64,000 bases of DNA from Hypanus sabinus. Its lineage: Eukaryota. This document shows positions 36,691-50,031 of this stretch, piece by piece. The notes beneath the pieces were generated by a model. The model saw nothing but the letters and a program-made list of their open reading frames with translations. It ran no database searches and had not been told where the DNA came from. The DNA is taken from contig NC_082731.1 in NCBI RefSeq assembly GCF_030144855.1, positions 20,460,001 to 20,524,000 on the forward strand, written 5' to 3'. The translations under genes were made by a program, and so were the position numbers. Position 1 is the stretch's first letter. Every line of letters starts with the position of its first letter.

Positions 36691-37631
36691 TAAAACAAAA
36701 GTTGAAAGTGTGGGACAAAGAAAGCATGAGAGAGAGGAAGACGGAATCAGCGACAGAAAGGAAAAGGGTAAGACAGAGCAAGCGGGAAAGAAGGATACAT
36801 CGGGGGTGCATGAGAAAACAATTGAATTGGATGAAAATAAATAGGGAAAGAGAAAGTATAAGGCAGGAACGAGATAGAGGAAAGCAACGTTCGAGAAACT
36901 GAAGGGACGATCGACGGAGAAAGTAGTGACACGGGAGGGAATGAAAACTGGAAGGTTAGAATTGAACAGGATGTGAAGCGTTCAGAGGGACAGAAAGAGA
37001 TGGAGAGATGATAAGTAAGTCTTAATATTCACCAGAGCAATTTCTAAAGTGAACTTACTTGCAGTGAGGGTCATAGAGAAAGACCAAGCATTCAGATGAG
37101 ATACGGGTAATAATGCTGGAGAGTAAGCGAGAGATATAGAGAACATGTCAGAACGAATGACAGACAGATAGGTAGAGAGCGGGAGAATGGGTGAGTGAGT
37201 GAGAGAGAGAGAGAGACGTGAAATAGAACAGAAAGAGCGAATATGGTAAGAATATGAAGCTTAGAAAATTTAAGGGCTATCGATAAGCCTCGGTCGTTCA
37301 AAGGTAAGGATACGTTTAGGACAGTTTTGTGTGCCGAAGGGCCTGTATTGTGCTGTAGGCTTTTTATGTGTCTATGTTTCTAGTGAGTGAAATTGCAAAT
37401 AATTGAAAGCAGAAGAAAGATGGCGAGGAAGTAATACGAGATGGAGAGAAACGAAGATCTGATTAGTGACCGGACCAATTCGGCGTTCACAGCCAATCAG
37501 TCCACCGGCAGGGCTGCTACACTACATTTACGCAAGGTGAAATATGCGTGCAGGTCTTATTTTACTCTTCATTTGCGGTCAAGGATTGAACTTATTGGAC
37601 TGAGAGTAAGCTGTGTTACGATCAGGACATC

Positions 37632-38064
37632 ATGAATTTCTTGAGTTCTCTGCTGATTCTATTGGCTATGATGCCCTGTGAGTCTTCACGGTAACAATCT
37701 GTATCTGTTCGTTACGTCTGGAGAAAGTTCGGTCTCTTCATGTATTCTATCATATTTTTGCAGGAGCAATTGGGAAAGATTTCGTGACGCAGTGGCCGAC
37801 TGATTTAACGATTGTGGAAGAACAAAATGTAACACTGAACTGTAATTACACTGGCGTACCTAACTATATTGCTTGGTACGTTCAGCATCGAGTGGAATCT
37901 CCAAAATACTTGCTGCAGTGGTATAGCACCAGAAAGATTTACCGGCATGCAGAATGTCCGGAGAATTTTGCCGGTGGTTTGCAGAGTGGCAGCAAGATGG
38001 CACATTGGAAGATATCTGGTGCTTTTCTGTCGAACTCCGTCGTGTATCTTTGTGCTGTGAGTCC
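37632..38064 (+). pseudogene. TRAV: TCR V pseudogene V5 (leader 37632-37677, exon 37764-38064); stop codon formed at the splice junction
   Basis: Leader ends in T (G in most paralogs) and exon 2 starts GA, giving TGA; FR3 also degenerate (HWKIS, SNSVVYLC). Confidence 0.82.
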
Positions 38065-38103
38065 CACAGTGCATCAAGGGGATGACAGCTCCGGACAAAA
38101 TCC
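38065..38103 (+). promoter_or_regulatory. RSS V5 (CACAGTG-23-ACAAAATCC)
   Basis: Intact. Confidence 0.93.
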
Positions 38104-39665
38104 GATGTCCGTGATGCAGTGAACGCTCTCTAGAGGGGGCCTTTTGCCGGGAAAGTGGCAGGAGTGCAGAAACAAATTCCCGTACGGTCACGCGATCGAC
38201 TTAAGAATGCGAAAATTATTCGCAAAATATATGCAGATTTGAGAAACTCTCTGTCGATGAAATGTGTGCCAAATTGCGCAAATTGAAACGTTTTAAAACA
38301 TTTCCCAAACACATGCGATATGCTTGTTCACCCAGGAGCAATGGTATCGATAACTCATCTGCATTTGTCAACGGCCGGAAGGATATTTATATTTCTGCTA
38401 CAAGAGAAATAACGGTGGAAGTAGAAATAATCGAATTGCACATACTCGAAAAGGCAGGCGCAACTTTCAGTGTATTTCTGGATCCATCAAAATAATGAGG
38501 GCACTATTCTCGGAAACTTAAAGGGAAGCAACGGCCACTGTAGATCCAGGAAAGGGTGAATTAATATGCAGAACTCGTGGACAACGAGCAGATGCAACCA
38601 AATTCGTACACAACTTAGACAACGAAAGCGCACTGACAGCTGTTCACAAGTCAGTACAGGCAGATAGGGACACTGGAATTGATCCCGCGGGTATCCTCCT
38701 CACAAAGAGGGAGTCACACGGATGTCAAATATGAAAAAGAGCAGAAAAAGGATATGGGTGCAAAGGAAACACCTCTGGACGGAAAGCAGGGTATAGCTTT
38801 GTGGATGGGTGTCGGAGGTACATAAACTAGAACACACGGTCTCGGTGCACTGTGGTGAAGGACCCAGGTGAAGAATGAGCTTCAGCCGCACTGATAGGGG
38901 ATGGCTAAACAAACGTGGCGGACCTGCTGGTCCTGACAGAAACAATGCGCTGTAGGAAAGGCAGGCAAGCAAATATATATTCAGACAGCCCGATTATATT
39001 CGGGACGTTTATCGGATGGCCTGGGGACGATGAGGATTTGTACCCACAACAGGTGCAGGTATTGAGCACGGGCACCAATATAACAACTGCTGGAAGCACT
39101 GTCGGGATTCGACAACGGTTCTACATCCCCTGCCCCCGAGTACGCAGCCTTAAAGAGCCCTGCGCCTTCAGTATCCGGGACCTGGAGGCGGGCTGATTCA
39201 TGGCCGGTGCTGCCGCCTGATGTTTTGTGCGAGTACACGGAATATCAAAAGATGCAATAACTGGGGACCCGAGTTCCCTGGGCACTGAGCTCGGATAAAG
39301 CGACGCTGCAGACTTTGAACACCATAAATCAGCGAGTTCTTTGTTCTGTCTCTTCTCTCGCTGTGAAACGGGAACACTTCTTTTTCCGCTATTCGGGAGA
39401 AAGAGAGCCAGTGATACGTCCAATAATGAGTGAACGATTTGTATTTGATGTACTGCATATGTCTGTCTTTCTTAATGCTTTGCTGCAGGCTTGAGTGCTG
39501 TTTCCGGTTGCCGATGGTTTTTCCTCGTGGGGGTTCGTTATTTGGCTGCTTCTTATGCGTGGCAGGGCGGAGCGGGAGAGTGCGGCTTTGCGTTCCTAAC
39601 ATCTGTCATTCATTCTTTCCTCTGGCTTCCAGGACGTTTTGGAAGAAACATTATCTCAGGATCTA

Positions 39666-42395
39666 CGGTGGCATGAAAACGTTTGGGCACCCCTGGTCGA
39701 AAATTCTGTTACTCCGAATAGCTAAGCGAGTAAAAGATGACCTGATTTCCAAAAGGCATAAATTAAAAGATAGCACTTTTCTTTTATATTTTAAGCAAGG
39801 TTACTATTTTATTTCCACCTTTTACAGTTACAAAATAACAGTAAAATAAAGGGCCCAAGCAAATTTTGGGCAGCCTGCATGGTCAGTACTTAGTAACACC
39901 CCATTTGGCAAGAATTGCGGCTTGTAAGCGCTTTTCGTAGCCAGCTAATAGTCTTTCAGTTCCAGGTTGAGTTATGTGGGGGACGTTGGGAACGAACCAA
40001 AATGCAAGACACAGACATTGAAGTACTAAAAAATGGAGTGGACTAGAGTTATGGAACGGAATGGACACAGACTAGGAGCTGGGACAGGAAAACAGACTTG
40101 GGATAGGAAGCGGGACCAGGACGAGGAACTGGGAACAAGGAGCCTGGGCTTGGACTCCGAGCCAGAGACTGTACAAGGACCTAGACACTGGGTCTTGACT
40201 CGGGCTCGGAACACGGAACTAGGTGAGGAGAGTGTTCCTCGAGGCTTGGGTATAGACGCCGAGGCAGAGATTGGGCAAGGAACCAGCACCTGGGTCCCAA
40301 CTCGTGCTCGGACTCAGGAGCTAGGTGAAGACATGACGAGGCTATAAGATTGGACGAGACTAGGGTTCGAGGATTTCTTGAGCAGGACGAGGAACTCCAT
40401 AGAGCACAGGGCTGGGACCCTTCCTAGGACGCAGGGTAGGGATGCTTTCGCAGGGCAGGGACCCTCCTTAGATGCCGGGCCGGGATGACTGCCGTTGTAA
40501 ACAGCCGAGGAAACTGTCAGGGATTCAGATGGGGAGCGGAAGAGAACAGTCCTGCCTCAGGGTAACAGCAAAGACGGCCTGGCTTACCCAACGGAGGCAA
40601 GGACAGGAAGGGACAGATCCAACCGCAGTGTAACGGTAAGGCCGACCTGACTTACCCCACCGAGGCAAGAACAGGAAGGGACCTGAATCTAGAGTGACTA
40701 CCAGTCTCGGGGCAAACAGCAACCTTGGCTGGCTGTGAAACATACCTAGCTCGGACTGGCAGACGGCCACCAGCTGGGGCGGAAACGGCCGAATCCATAT
40801 CACGCCGACTGCTCCGAATGGAGACAACAAAGCTCCATGAAGCGGAGGTTCTCCAAGCAGGGCTAGAGATCACGATTGGCTACTTTAGCTTTACAGCGGC
40901 GGTTTGCTCCAAGGGAATACTGACGAGACGAACCAACAACCACACTCGACCCCAGGCCCACGTATGTTCCCAACCCTAAGACCAGAATTGGGTGCCCATG
41001 ATTGAGCCCAACTGAAGCAAAGGACAGCAGGAAGAGACGGAGTGTGGAGTTGCGGGACGGTCCGTGAACCGGAATGCGGATTTCACTGACCGGACCATGA
41101 CAGTTCGAGGGATATTCACCCATTTCTTCGTTGCAAAATGCTTCGAGTTGTTTGAGATTCTTAGGTCGTCTTGCATGCACTGTTCTATTGAGGTCTATCC
41201 ACAGATTTTCGATGATGTTTAGGTCGGCGAACTGTGAGGGTTATGGCAAAACTTTCAGCTTGTGCCTCTTGTGTTAGTCCATTGTGGATTTTGAGATGTG
41301 TTTAGGATTATTATCTTGTTGTCGGAACCATCCTCTTATCATCTTCAGTTTTTTACAGACTGTGTGGTGCTTGCTGCCAGAATTTGCTGATATTTAATTG
41401 AATTCATTCTTCCCTCTACCAGTGAAATGTTCCCCGTGCCACTGACTGCAACAGAAACCCAAAGTATGATCGATCTACCACCTTCCTTAACAGTTGGAAT
41501 GGTGTTCTTTTCATGAAATTCTGCATCCTTTTTATTCCAGACATACCTTCGCTCATTGAGGCAAGAATTCATCAGTCAAAAGGACTTGTTTACAAAATGC
41601 GTCAGGCTTGTATAGATGTTCCTTTGCCAACTTCTGACGCTGGATTTTGTGGTGAGGACGCAAGAAATGTTTTCTTCTGTTGACCGTTCTATGAAGATCA
41701 TATTTGAGCAGGTGTCGCTGCGCAGTAGAACAGTGCACCAGCACTCCAGAGTCTGCTAAATTTTCCTGAAGGTGTTTGACAATCAATTGCCTTTCTAGGA
41801 ATCCTACCAGCAGTTCTCCCAGAAAGATTTTTTTAGTCTTCCAGACCTCAACTTTATCTCCACCTTTCCTATTGACTGCCATTTCTTAATTACATTACTA
41901 ACTGAGGAAACCGCGACCTGAAAATGCTTTGCTATCTTCTTATAGTATTCTTCTGCTTTCTGGGCCTCATTTATTTTAATTTTCAGAATGCTTGGCAACT
42001 GCTTAGAGGAGCGCATGGCTGCTGATTGTTGGGACAAGGTTTGAAGAGTCCGGGTATTTATATAGCTTTGAGAGTTGCATCACCTGGCCTTTTCTGAAGA
42101 TGACTGTGAGCAAACAATAGCCAAAAAAGCTAATTAAAGTCTGTGACCTTGGTAAAAGTTACCTGAGAGCTCAAATCTCTTGGGGGTGCCTAAACTTTTG
42201 CATAGTGCTACTTTCTTTTTTTTTCCTCTCTAAGATTGTACAAAGCTAAAATAATACACTAATCTTGCTTAAAGTATTGAAAAGAAAGTTTCATCTTTAA
42301 CTGTATGACTTTTGGAGAATAGTTCATTTACTACTCACCTTATTTACAGTAAAAAAAATTTTGATCAGGGGTGCCCAAAAGTTTTCATGCCTCTG
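39666..42395 (-). mobile_element. Tc1/mariner DNA transposon with TIRs and TA TSD
   Basis: TIRs cggtggcatgaaaacgtttgggcacccctg / caggggtgcccaaaagttttcatgcctctg; TA at 39664-65 and 42396-97; transposase fragments 41345..42037(-). Confidence 0.92.
39970..41102 (-). mobile_element. Probable solo LTR inserted in Tc1
   Basis: Minus strand begins TGTCATGGTCCGG and ends ..cacataac(t); flanks GTTG (39966-69) / GTTC (41103-06); absent from the paralogous Tc1 at 60814. Confidence 0.6.
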
Positions 42396-44411
42396 TATAT
42401 TGTGTGCATTTCTCTGACAGTAAATGTACCTATTTAACCTATCGAGCTTATTGAACACTCAGAGTTCAGGAATGGTAGAAAACATAAACCAAAGAATATC
42501 TTTGCCAAAACTACATCTGATGGGGAAAGAAATGGGTTAATGTATTATCATTCATCCTGATGAGATTGCAAGCAATCCAAGCCGCACTCTGGTTTTCAGC
42601 CGCTATGAGCTATTGATAGGGTGAAAAATCAGATTCCCTTATAGGATAATTACGGGTTGCGCTGAGCCGGGGTGTACAGCGATAGATTGACACAGTGTAT
42701 GAAAGACCTTTGTATACGACTTAAAGTATTGAAGGATCGAGCCAAAAAACAGCAGAAGATTTATGATCAGACGGATCAGTCCTCCCAAATCCGAGTGACA
42801 ATGTCATGGTGAGGGTGTTGCTTGAAAATGTATACTCCCAGCTGGATTGGACCACACATGTTACTTTCAAAAAGTGAGACGTGTTTGTGTGGAGACTTCA
42901 CGAGGCAGCCAGTGGAAACAATGGATTCAAGTTAAACTGTGAGACTCAACTTCTTGTTAACACCACAGACAAAGCGGGCAGAGAAGTGCAGATAGTAACT
43001 GTGTAATTATAGAGGATCAAAGAGATGGACACCAGCCAGCCACACCAGAACTGACCACAATTGATGGAAACAGATCCATAGCAAACCCGAACGTAGAGGG
43101 TACCGATATTGTGACAGAAACCAATGAATAATACTAAAGAGTGACGGTAAGTGTGCTCTGTTTTGAACGTAGATTACTGAAGTTATATGATTAGTTGAAT
43201 AGCAGAAAATAGAAAATATATTGCAGAATATGGCTCAGCAGGGATTTAAGTTCTTCGATAGCATGGTAGAACGAGGACGTATGCAGAGGTAATCTGAAGT
43301 CAGTTACGCTCGGCATGGATGGGGAATAGAAGTGGACGGGCCCCTTTCAGCAGTTGCGGCCACGTTCGATTGTATAGTTTGGATAGGAGTGCAACCAGGG
43401 AGACGTTGCAGTAATTGAAATGGACACCATCCCAACCTCTTATTCTACATCGTTGAGAGCCCGATGAATTTACTTTGCTGCTGCCGCTGGAAAGAGAGAG
43501 TTTTAGCTACCAGAGAATGAAGGGATGAAGACTAAGGAATTGACCAAGGAATTGACTAAGCTTCAATTGGTCAGCAAAGGAAGAGCCAACAGTCATACGC
43601 ATGAGCTACATTTTCAAAGACTGTTGTTCTCATTTTTGGACAAACTCTCTGCTTAGCATTTCTAAGGTAGCAATTAGGTATGAGACCATAGATGTACAAG
43701 CGCCTACTGGAGTTATGGGAAATTCCGAAGGAGGGCATTTTTGCTGCCCAAGTTGAGTAGATCTTCCTTAAAATTGGTGCTAGAAATTATTTTTATCTGA
43801 GGTGCCAAGAGGAGAGAATGGTCGAGAGAATTTTGGATCCAGCACATGTGACTATTAATGTAACTGACTTCGGCCATCAGCTGAAGGCTCAATATTCACC
43901 AGACCAATTCCTAAAGTGAATGTAAATGCAGTAAGGGATATGAATAAAGACCAAACATTGAGAAGAGGGATACGGGGAATAAATGCTGCAGAGTCAGAGA
44001 GTGATATTGGGAATATTACAGAAAGAAGGAGAGATAGATATAGAGCTGTAGAGTGGGTGTGTGTGAGGAAAAGAGAGGTTCAGTGGAACAGAAATAACGA
44101 ACGAAGGGAAAGAATATGGTAAGAATATGGAGCTTCGAAAAACAGAGATTTATCGATACCTCTGTGTATTTCTAAACTAAGGACATGTATAGCACAGCTT
44201 TGTGGGCCGAAGGGTATAAAGGCAAGCAGGAAGCAGCCAAAGGAACTGAAACAAAGATGTCATTGGTGTCCGGACCGGATTCATTTGGCGCTCACAGTCA
44301 ATCAACCCACCGGCGTATCTGCGCCCCCACATGTACGCAAGCTGAAATACGCCGCAGGACTGATTTTACCCTTCATTAACTGCCAGTTCGCTGTCTTTCT
44401 ATCTGGAGAGC

Positions 44412-44844
44412 ATGAATTTGCAGTGCACTCTGCTGATTATATTGGCTATGATGCCCGGTGAGTCTTCGCGGCAACGGTCTGTATCTGTTCCTATTGCCCG
44501 GTGAAAGATCGATCTTTTCATGCATTCTATTATTTTATTGCAGGAGCAATTGGGAAAGATTCCGTAACGCAGTAGCCGACTGATTTAACGATTGGTGAAC
44601 GACAAAATCTAACACTGACCTGCAATTACACTGGCGTTGCTCCCTCTATTTTTTGGAACGTTCAGCATCGAGTGCAATCTCCAAAATACATTCTAAAGTT
44701 ATATAGCAGCGGAAAGGTGGAGCGACATGCAGAATGTCCGGCGATGTTAACCGGTGATTTGGAGAGTGGCCGCAATACGGCACATTTGAAGATCTCTGGT
44801 GCTTTCGTGTCGGACTCCGCTGTGTATCTTTGTGCCATGAGTCC
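44412..44844 (+). pseudogene. TRAV: TCR V pseudogene V6 (leader 44412-44457, exon 44544-44844); FR1 nonsense codon
   Basis: TGG>TAG at 44573-44575; upstream region also carries deletions. Confidence 0.92.
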
Positions 44845-44883
44845 CACAGTGTTGCAAGGTGATGAGAGCTCCGGACAAAATCC
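44845..44883 (+). promoter_or_regulatory. RSS V6 (CACAGTG-23-ACAAAATCC)
   Basis: Intact. Confidence 0.93.
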
Positions 44884-45103
44884 GACGTCCATGATGCACT
44901 GAGCGCTGTCTAGAGGGAGCCCTTTGCCGGGAAACTGGCATGAGTGCAGGAAAAACTAAAACACCCAGGGTCACGGGATCGACTTAAGAACGCGAATATT
45001 ATTCGCAAAATATATGCAAATTTTAGGAAATCTCCGTCAATGAAATGTGTACCAATTTGCACAAATTGAAACGTTATAAAATATTTCCCAAGCACATGCA
45101 ATA

Positions 45104-48100
45104 TGTTCGTTGACTCAGGGGCTATAGTATCGATAAATGATGTGCATTTGCCAAAAGCCGGATAGGGTATTACGGGTACCGGGGAAGAACGGTGAAATCA
45201 GAAAAAAAAACGAACTACAGATACCGCAAATAGGCGAGGCTCAATTTTCAGTGTATTTCTGGATCTGTTCAAATAATGAGGGCACTATTCCTGGCCTAGA
45301 TAATGAAAGGAAAGCAAGGGCCATAGTAGATCCGGGAATGGGTGAATCAATATGCACAAGCCAGGAGCAGCGAGCACCTACAAACAAATTTGTACACAAC
45401 GTAGCCAGCGGTGACAGCTGTTCACAAGTCAGTAACGGCAGTCAGGGACTCCGGCATTAACCCGCCGAGTATCCTTCTCACAGAGATGGAGGCACGCGGA
45501 GCTCAAATTGGACAGAGGAGGAAAAATATATGTGTGGAAAGGAAAGGCATCTGGTCGGAAAGCAGGAAATAGCTTTGCGGATGGGTCTCGGATGTACATA
45601 AACTAGAACACACGGTCAGGGTGCAATCTGATAAATGGCGCGGGTGGAAAATGAGCTTCAGCAGCACTGCCAGGAGATTGCTAAGCTCAGATGGCAGATC
45701 TGCTGACCCTGACAGAAAAATGTGCCACAGTGAAGGCAGACAAGCAAACATATATACCTTCGGGACGGTTATCGAATGGCTTAGGGACGATGTGGATTTG
45801 CAACCACAAGAGGTGCAGGTATTCAGCACGGGCACCCAATAGAACAACTGCTGGAAGCACTGTCTGCCAGCTCAAGTGACAGTTATTAAAGTGGAATCTC
45901 AGCGGTAAGAGAAGAGTAAGGAGAAGAAAGTAATAATAAGAAATTGCATGTGTGCAGGAAGGAACGTCGGAGCCAGTGGAATTAAGAATTGAAAATGCAC
46001 GTAGACTAAGATGTTAACTGCCCTGTGCTATCATCAGTGGGATCATCAGTTGATCTGCCACTTGTCTTCAGGAGTTTCCGCTCGCTTATGATCAATATTC
46101 CCTTGACGTGGTGGGCCAGCAGTGCTACAGCACCACCTCCCACTGATGCGGTTAACAACTTGGCATCTACTTCTATCAGAGTTGTTGGTCGCTTCCATCC
46201 CACAGATAGTCTACTCTTCAGGTATCTGTGCAGCTACTGAAGAGTTTACAAAAGATGGATACACAATCCTACTGTCTGTCCCTCTGGACGTATTTGGTCC
46301 ACACCGATGATGATCCTGTCTCTGATGCCTCAGTTACAGCCCTGCTGGTTAACTTGATCTCTCTTCTAGTGAAGTCAAGGTCACGCAGCTACTTTTGGAA
46401 AGTTAACGCAATAAAGCCATGACAACCTACTTCGAATGGATAGCATGAGACCTTCCATCCTCTGTCTCCGCACTCTGATCTTAATTCTGTATACTTGGTT
46501 AACTTGCGCTCATGGGCTTCATCGATGTTGTCTTCCTTGGGGACTGTGAGTTCACCAATAACCACTTCTCGACTGGTGTCAGACCAGAAGATTATATCTG
46601 GACGCATCGTCGTGAAAACTATTTGCTCCGGGCAGCTGCCTTTCTCATCCAGGTCGGCCTTGACACACAAGTGACTGCAGAAAGTATGCTTGATCGTGGG
46701 CTTGCGCTGTACACCCTTGATTTGGAGCCTTCTTTCACAAATGATATGCGATATTCTGTGCAGCATGTGGTACGAGATATGTTGTGCTGCAGTACTCTCT
46801 GCTCAACTGTTCCTGTTACAGCTTTGGAACGTAGTTATGTGTGCAATTGTAAATGCAGCTGGAAAGATTGACTCTGCATGCACTCAAAATACGTTGGTAT
46901 TCCATTCACGCCACAAGAAGCACACCTGTCTGTCTTATCCTCACACTAGGTGCTGAGGTTGGCAGGTGTTGGGAGCAGGTCGTACACTTGCTCTATATAG
47001 AAAAGAAATGCGGAGCGGTTCCAACTGCCACAAAGCATTCCAAGATAGATGTTGTTGTTCAACACTTTCCCACCAGGTCCGAGCCCCTTGTTTGGTCAAC
47101 CCCAGCTGCTTTAGCTAACCTCTTCTCCTCTTATACCTCTGGTATTTCTTGCGTTACAAGCTCACGGCGCTCTTTACCTGTAGAAGATGACCACCACTTG
47201 TGGGTTGTCCATCCAAGTTCCTGGCGGCCTAGCTGGGTAACCCCAGCCGTCTCCTTGTGCTGCAATCTAGACTGTGCCTCATCAATTAATTAACAAGAAA
47301 ATTAACAACGACAATAAATAGCCAGAAGTTGCAAGTTTGCAGGAAGAAACGCCGGAGCTCGTTGAATAAAAACAGACAGCTCCGAGGGGACCTTTGGATA
47401 ACATTCAAAAGCAGGGGGAAAAGCTTATGTATCGTCATTATGAACAAAAGAAAATTTGCAGATGCTGGAAATTCAAGAAATGCATACAAAATACTGCAGG
47501 AATTCACCTGACCAGGCAGCAGCTCTGCAGCGATAATCTGTAATTAAGCTGCCTGGACTGTTGCGTTCGTCCAGGACTTTGTGTGTATTGTCTTGTAACT
47601 ATGGATCACCTCAGCCGGCGGGTAGAAGTTTTCCCAACCAGAGACTGCATCGCCATCAGAGCTGCACGGAATATTGTCAGGTAATACAACCAAGGTGAAA
47701 AACTCTTCCAGATAGAATATGACCAGAAAGCACATTTCGCAGGGAAAGTGACAAATGAAATGTGCCGAATGCCAGGGATTGGACAACGGTTCCACATCCC
47801 CTACGACCAAGGACGCGGCCTGGATGATTCATGCGCCTCCAGGATCCTGGGCCTGGAAGCGCGCTGATTCGAGGCCGGTGCTGCAGCCTGATGTGTTGTG
47901 TGAGTACACGGAAGATCTGAAGGTTCACTGACTAGGGACCCGAGTTCTTTGGGCACAGAGCTCGGAAAAAACAACGCCACAGTCTTTGAACACCATAAAT
48001 CAGTTTGATGTTTGTTATGTCTTCTCCTCTCGCAGTGAAACGGGAACACTACTTTTCCCCTTATTCGGGAGAAAGAGATCCTGTGATATGTCCAATACTG

Positions 48101-48362
48101 GGTGAAAGATTTGTCTTTGATGTTCTGCATTTTTGTTGGTGAGACGATGCTTTTTGCTGGTGGTGGATGGGGTTCGTTGCTTGACTGCTGCTTATGCGTG
48201 GTAGGGGGTAGCTGGGGAGCGGCTTTGCGTTTATAATAATCTGTCATTCATTCTCTTCTGATTTCTTGGACATTTTCGAAGAAATAATATTTCAGGGTGT
48301 ATGTTCTGTACAGTTCACTGACAATAAATGTACCTATTTAACATATCAAAACTATTGAACCA
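45104..48362 (+). mobile_element. ERV relic (unit V6), split by the RLE LINE
   Basis: MFVDSGAIVSI at ~45104; ORF 45137..45460 FWICSNNEGTIPGLD; YCLVTMDHLSRRVEVFP ~47586. Confidence 0.75.
45990..47285 (-). mobile_element. 5'-truncated RLE-type non-LTR retrotransposon (HERO-like)
   Basis: Minus strand: IDEAQSRLQHKETAGVTQLGRQELG..KERRELV..QGARTWWE..LSWNALWQLEPLRISFL..VYDLLPTPANL..CASCG, then RPDIIFWS..ELTVP.E..AHERKLTKY..L...GW...PFEVGCHGF (46389..46766), a PD-(D/E)xK restriction-like endonuclease. Confidence 0.85.
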
Positions 48363-48641
48363 NNNNNNNNNNNNNNNNNNNNNNNNNNNNNNNNNNNNNN
48401 NNNNNNNNNNNNNNNNNNNNNNNNNNNNNNNNNNNNNNNNNNNNNNNNNNNNNNNNNNNNNNNNNNNNNNNNNNNNNNNNNNNNNNNNNNNNNNNNNNNN
48501 NNNNNNNNNNNNNNNNNNNNNNNNNNNNNNNNNNNNNNNNNNNNNNNNNNNNNNNNNNNNNNNNNNNNNNNNNNNNNNNNNNNNNNNNNNNNNNNNNNNN
48601 NNNNNNNNNNNNNNNNNNNNNNNNNNNNNNNNNNNNNNNNN
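48363..48641. other. Assembly gap
   Basis: Run of N. Confidence 1.
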
Positions 48642-48806
48642 GAGTAGAGCGAGAGGCAGGGGAAGACAGAGAAACGGAGAAGGAGAGAATTAGTGGAAGA
48701 AGAATGTAAGAACGAGAATGAGGTCCTGTCACTGTAGCGTAATGTTTATCACGTGGTTGTTTACATTTCCGGGCATCGGATTTCGGTGTTCTATTCCAGC
48801 GCATCT

Positions 48807-49283
48807 CTCATCTCTGGCTATCCATTCGCATAGGATATTGACAGTTCCTTTCAGTCAGTTAGAGGAGTGTACCCAACTCCTCAAAAAGGAACAGCATGTG
48901 AGTCAATGGATTTTCGGTGAAGGGTTTGCACAGGTCCAAACCCACCCTCTCGACAGCCCCTCACTGTTCCAGCGGCATGGTGTAGTCCAAGACGGCTGGG
49001 GGAAGTTCTATGCCATTGAAAGGCGAGACCAAGCTTCGACGCAAGGGATGCCCTTTCCGCGCTTCAAGGCATGTGTTTGCTAAATGGCCATTGACACTCC
49101 AAGAGGTTTCATCCGCAATTTGACAGGTCTTATTTTTCGTTCTGCAGGGTGTCTAGCCACCCTCCTCACAAGGCAAGCCTTGTGGTGGAGCCGGTTTAGT
49201 CGCCGACATCCCGACAATGCGACAGGTAGCACTGGGTTACTCGGTACCAGTAGCAATCGGACGAGTCACCTGACCGGCATGCT
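48807..49283. mobile_element. Unclassified 477-bp insertion with 8-bp TSD
   Basis: GCGCATCT at 48799-48806 and 49284-49291; paralogous units read through uninterrupted; no TIR or poly(A) seen. Confidence 0.75.
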
Positions 49284-49999
49284 GCGCATCTATCAAACGT
49301 CTGTACGACAGCCCTTCGGAATGTGCGTAAAATCTGCGCGATATCCATTCTTCGCTCACAGTCCATAGATGTACTGTTAAGTAGCTTAACAACTTATTGT
49401 AAATTGTGCTGTGATTAGGTTAGGGTCTTGGATTGCTAGAGGTGAAGCTCAGTGCCCGATGGGACTATCCCGCGACCCACCGCTGTGTAAATAAATAAAA
49501 CAAAAGTTGAATGTGTGGGACAAAAAAAAAAGCACGAGAGAGAGGAAGCCGGACAGAGCGAGAGAAAGAGAAAAGGAAAGCCGGAGCAAGAGGGAAGGAA
49601 GGAGACATCGGTGGTAGCATGAGAAAATAACTGAGTAAGATGAAAATTAAAAAAAGGGAAAGACAAAGTATAAGGCAGAAACGAGATAAAGGAATCCAAC
49701 CCTCTTGAAACTGAAAGAACGATCGATGGAGAAAGAAGCGACACGGGAGGGAACGATAAATGGAAGATTAGAGATTAATAGAATATGGGGCATTAAGAGA
49801 GAGAGAGAGAGAGATGCAGAGATAATAAATAAGACTGAATATTCAGCAAACCAATTCCTAATGTGAATTTACATTCAGTGAGGTACATGGAGAAAGACCA
49901 AGCATTGAGGAGAGATACGGGGAATAAATGCTGGAGAGACAGCTAGCGATATTGCGAACATGTGGGAAAGAATGAGAGAGAGATAGATAGAGAGCAGAA

Positions 50000-50031
<32 letters not shown>

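Larger units (their letters stand above)
38320..43010 (+). mobile_element. ERV relic (unit V5), internally deleted and split by Tc1
   Basis: ORF 38915..39196 ADLLVLTETMRCRKGRQANIYSDSPIIFG (RNase H); QSSGMVENIN ~42460. Confidence 0.75.

Noticed and set aside
48363-48641. Real ~2-kb deletion before V7
   Set aside because: The missing sequence coincides with an N gap of uncertain size, so a deletion cannot be distinguished from an under-sized gap.
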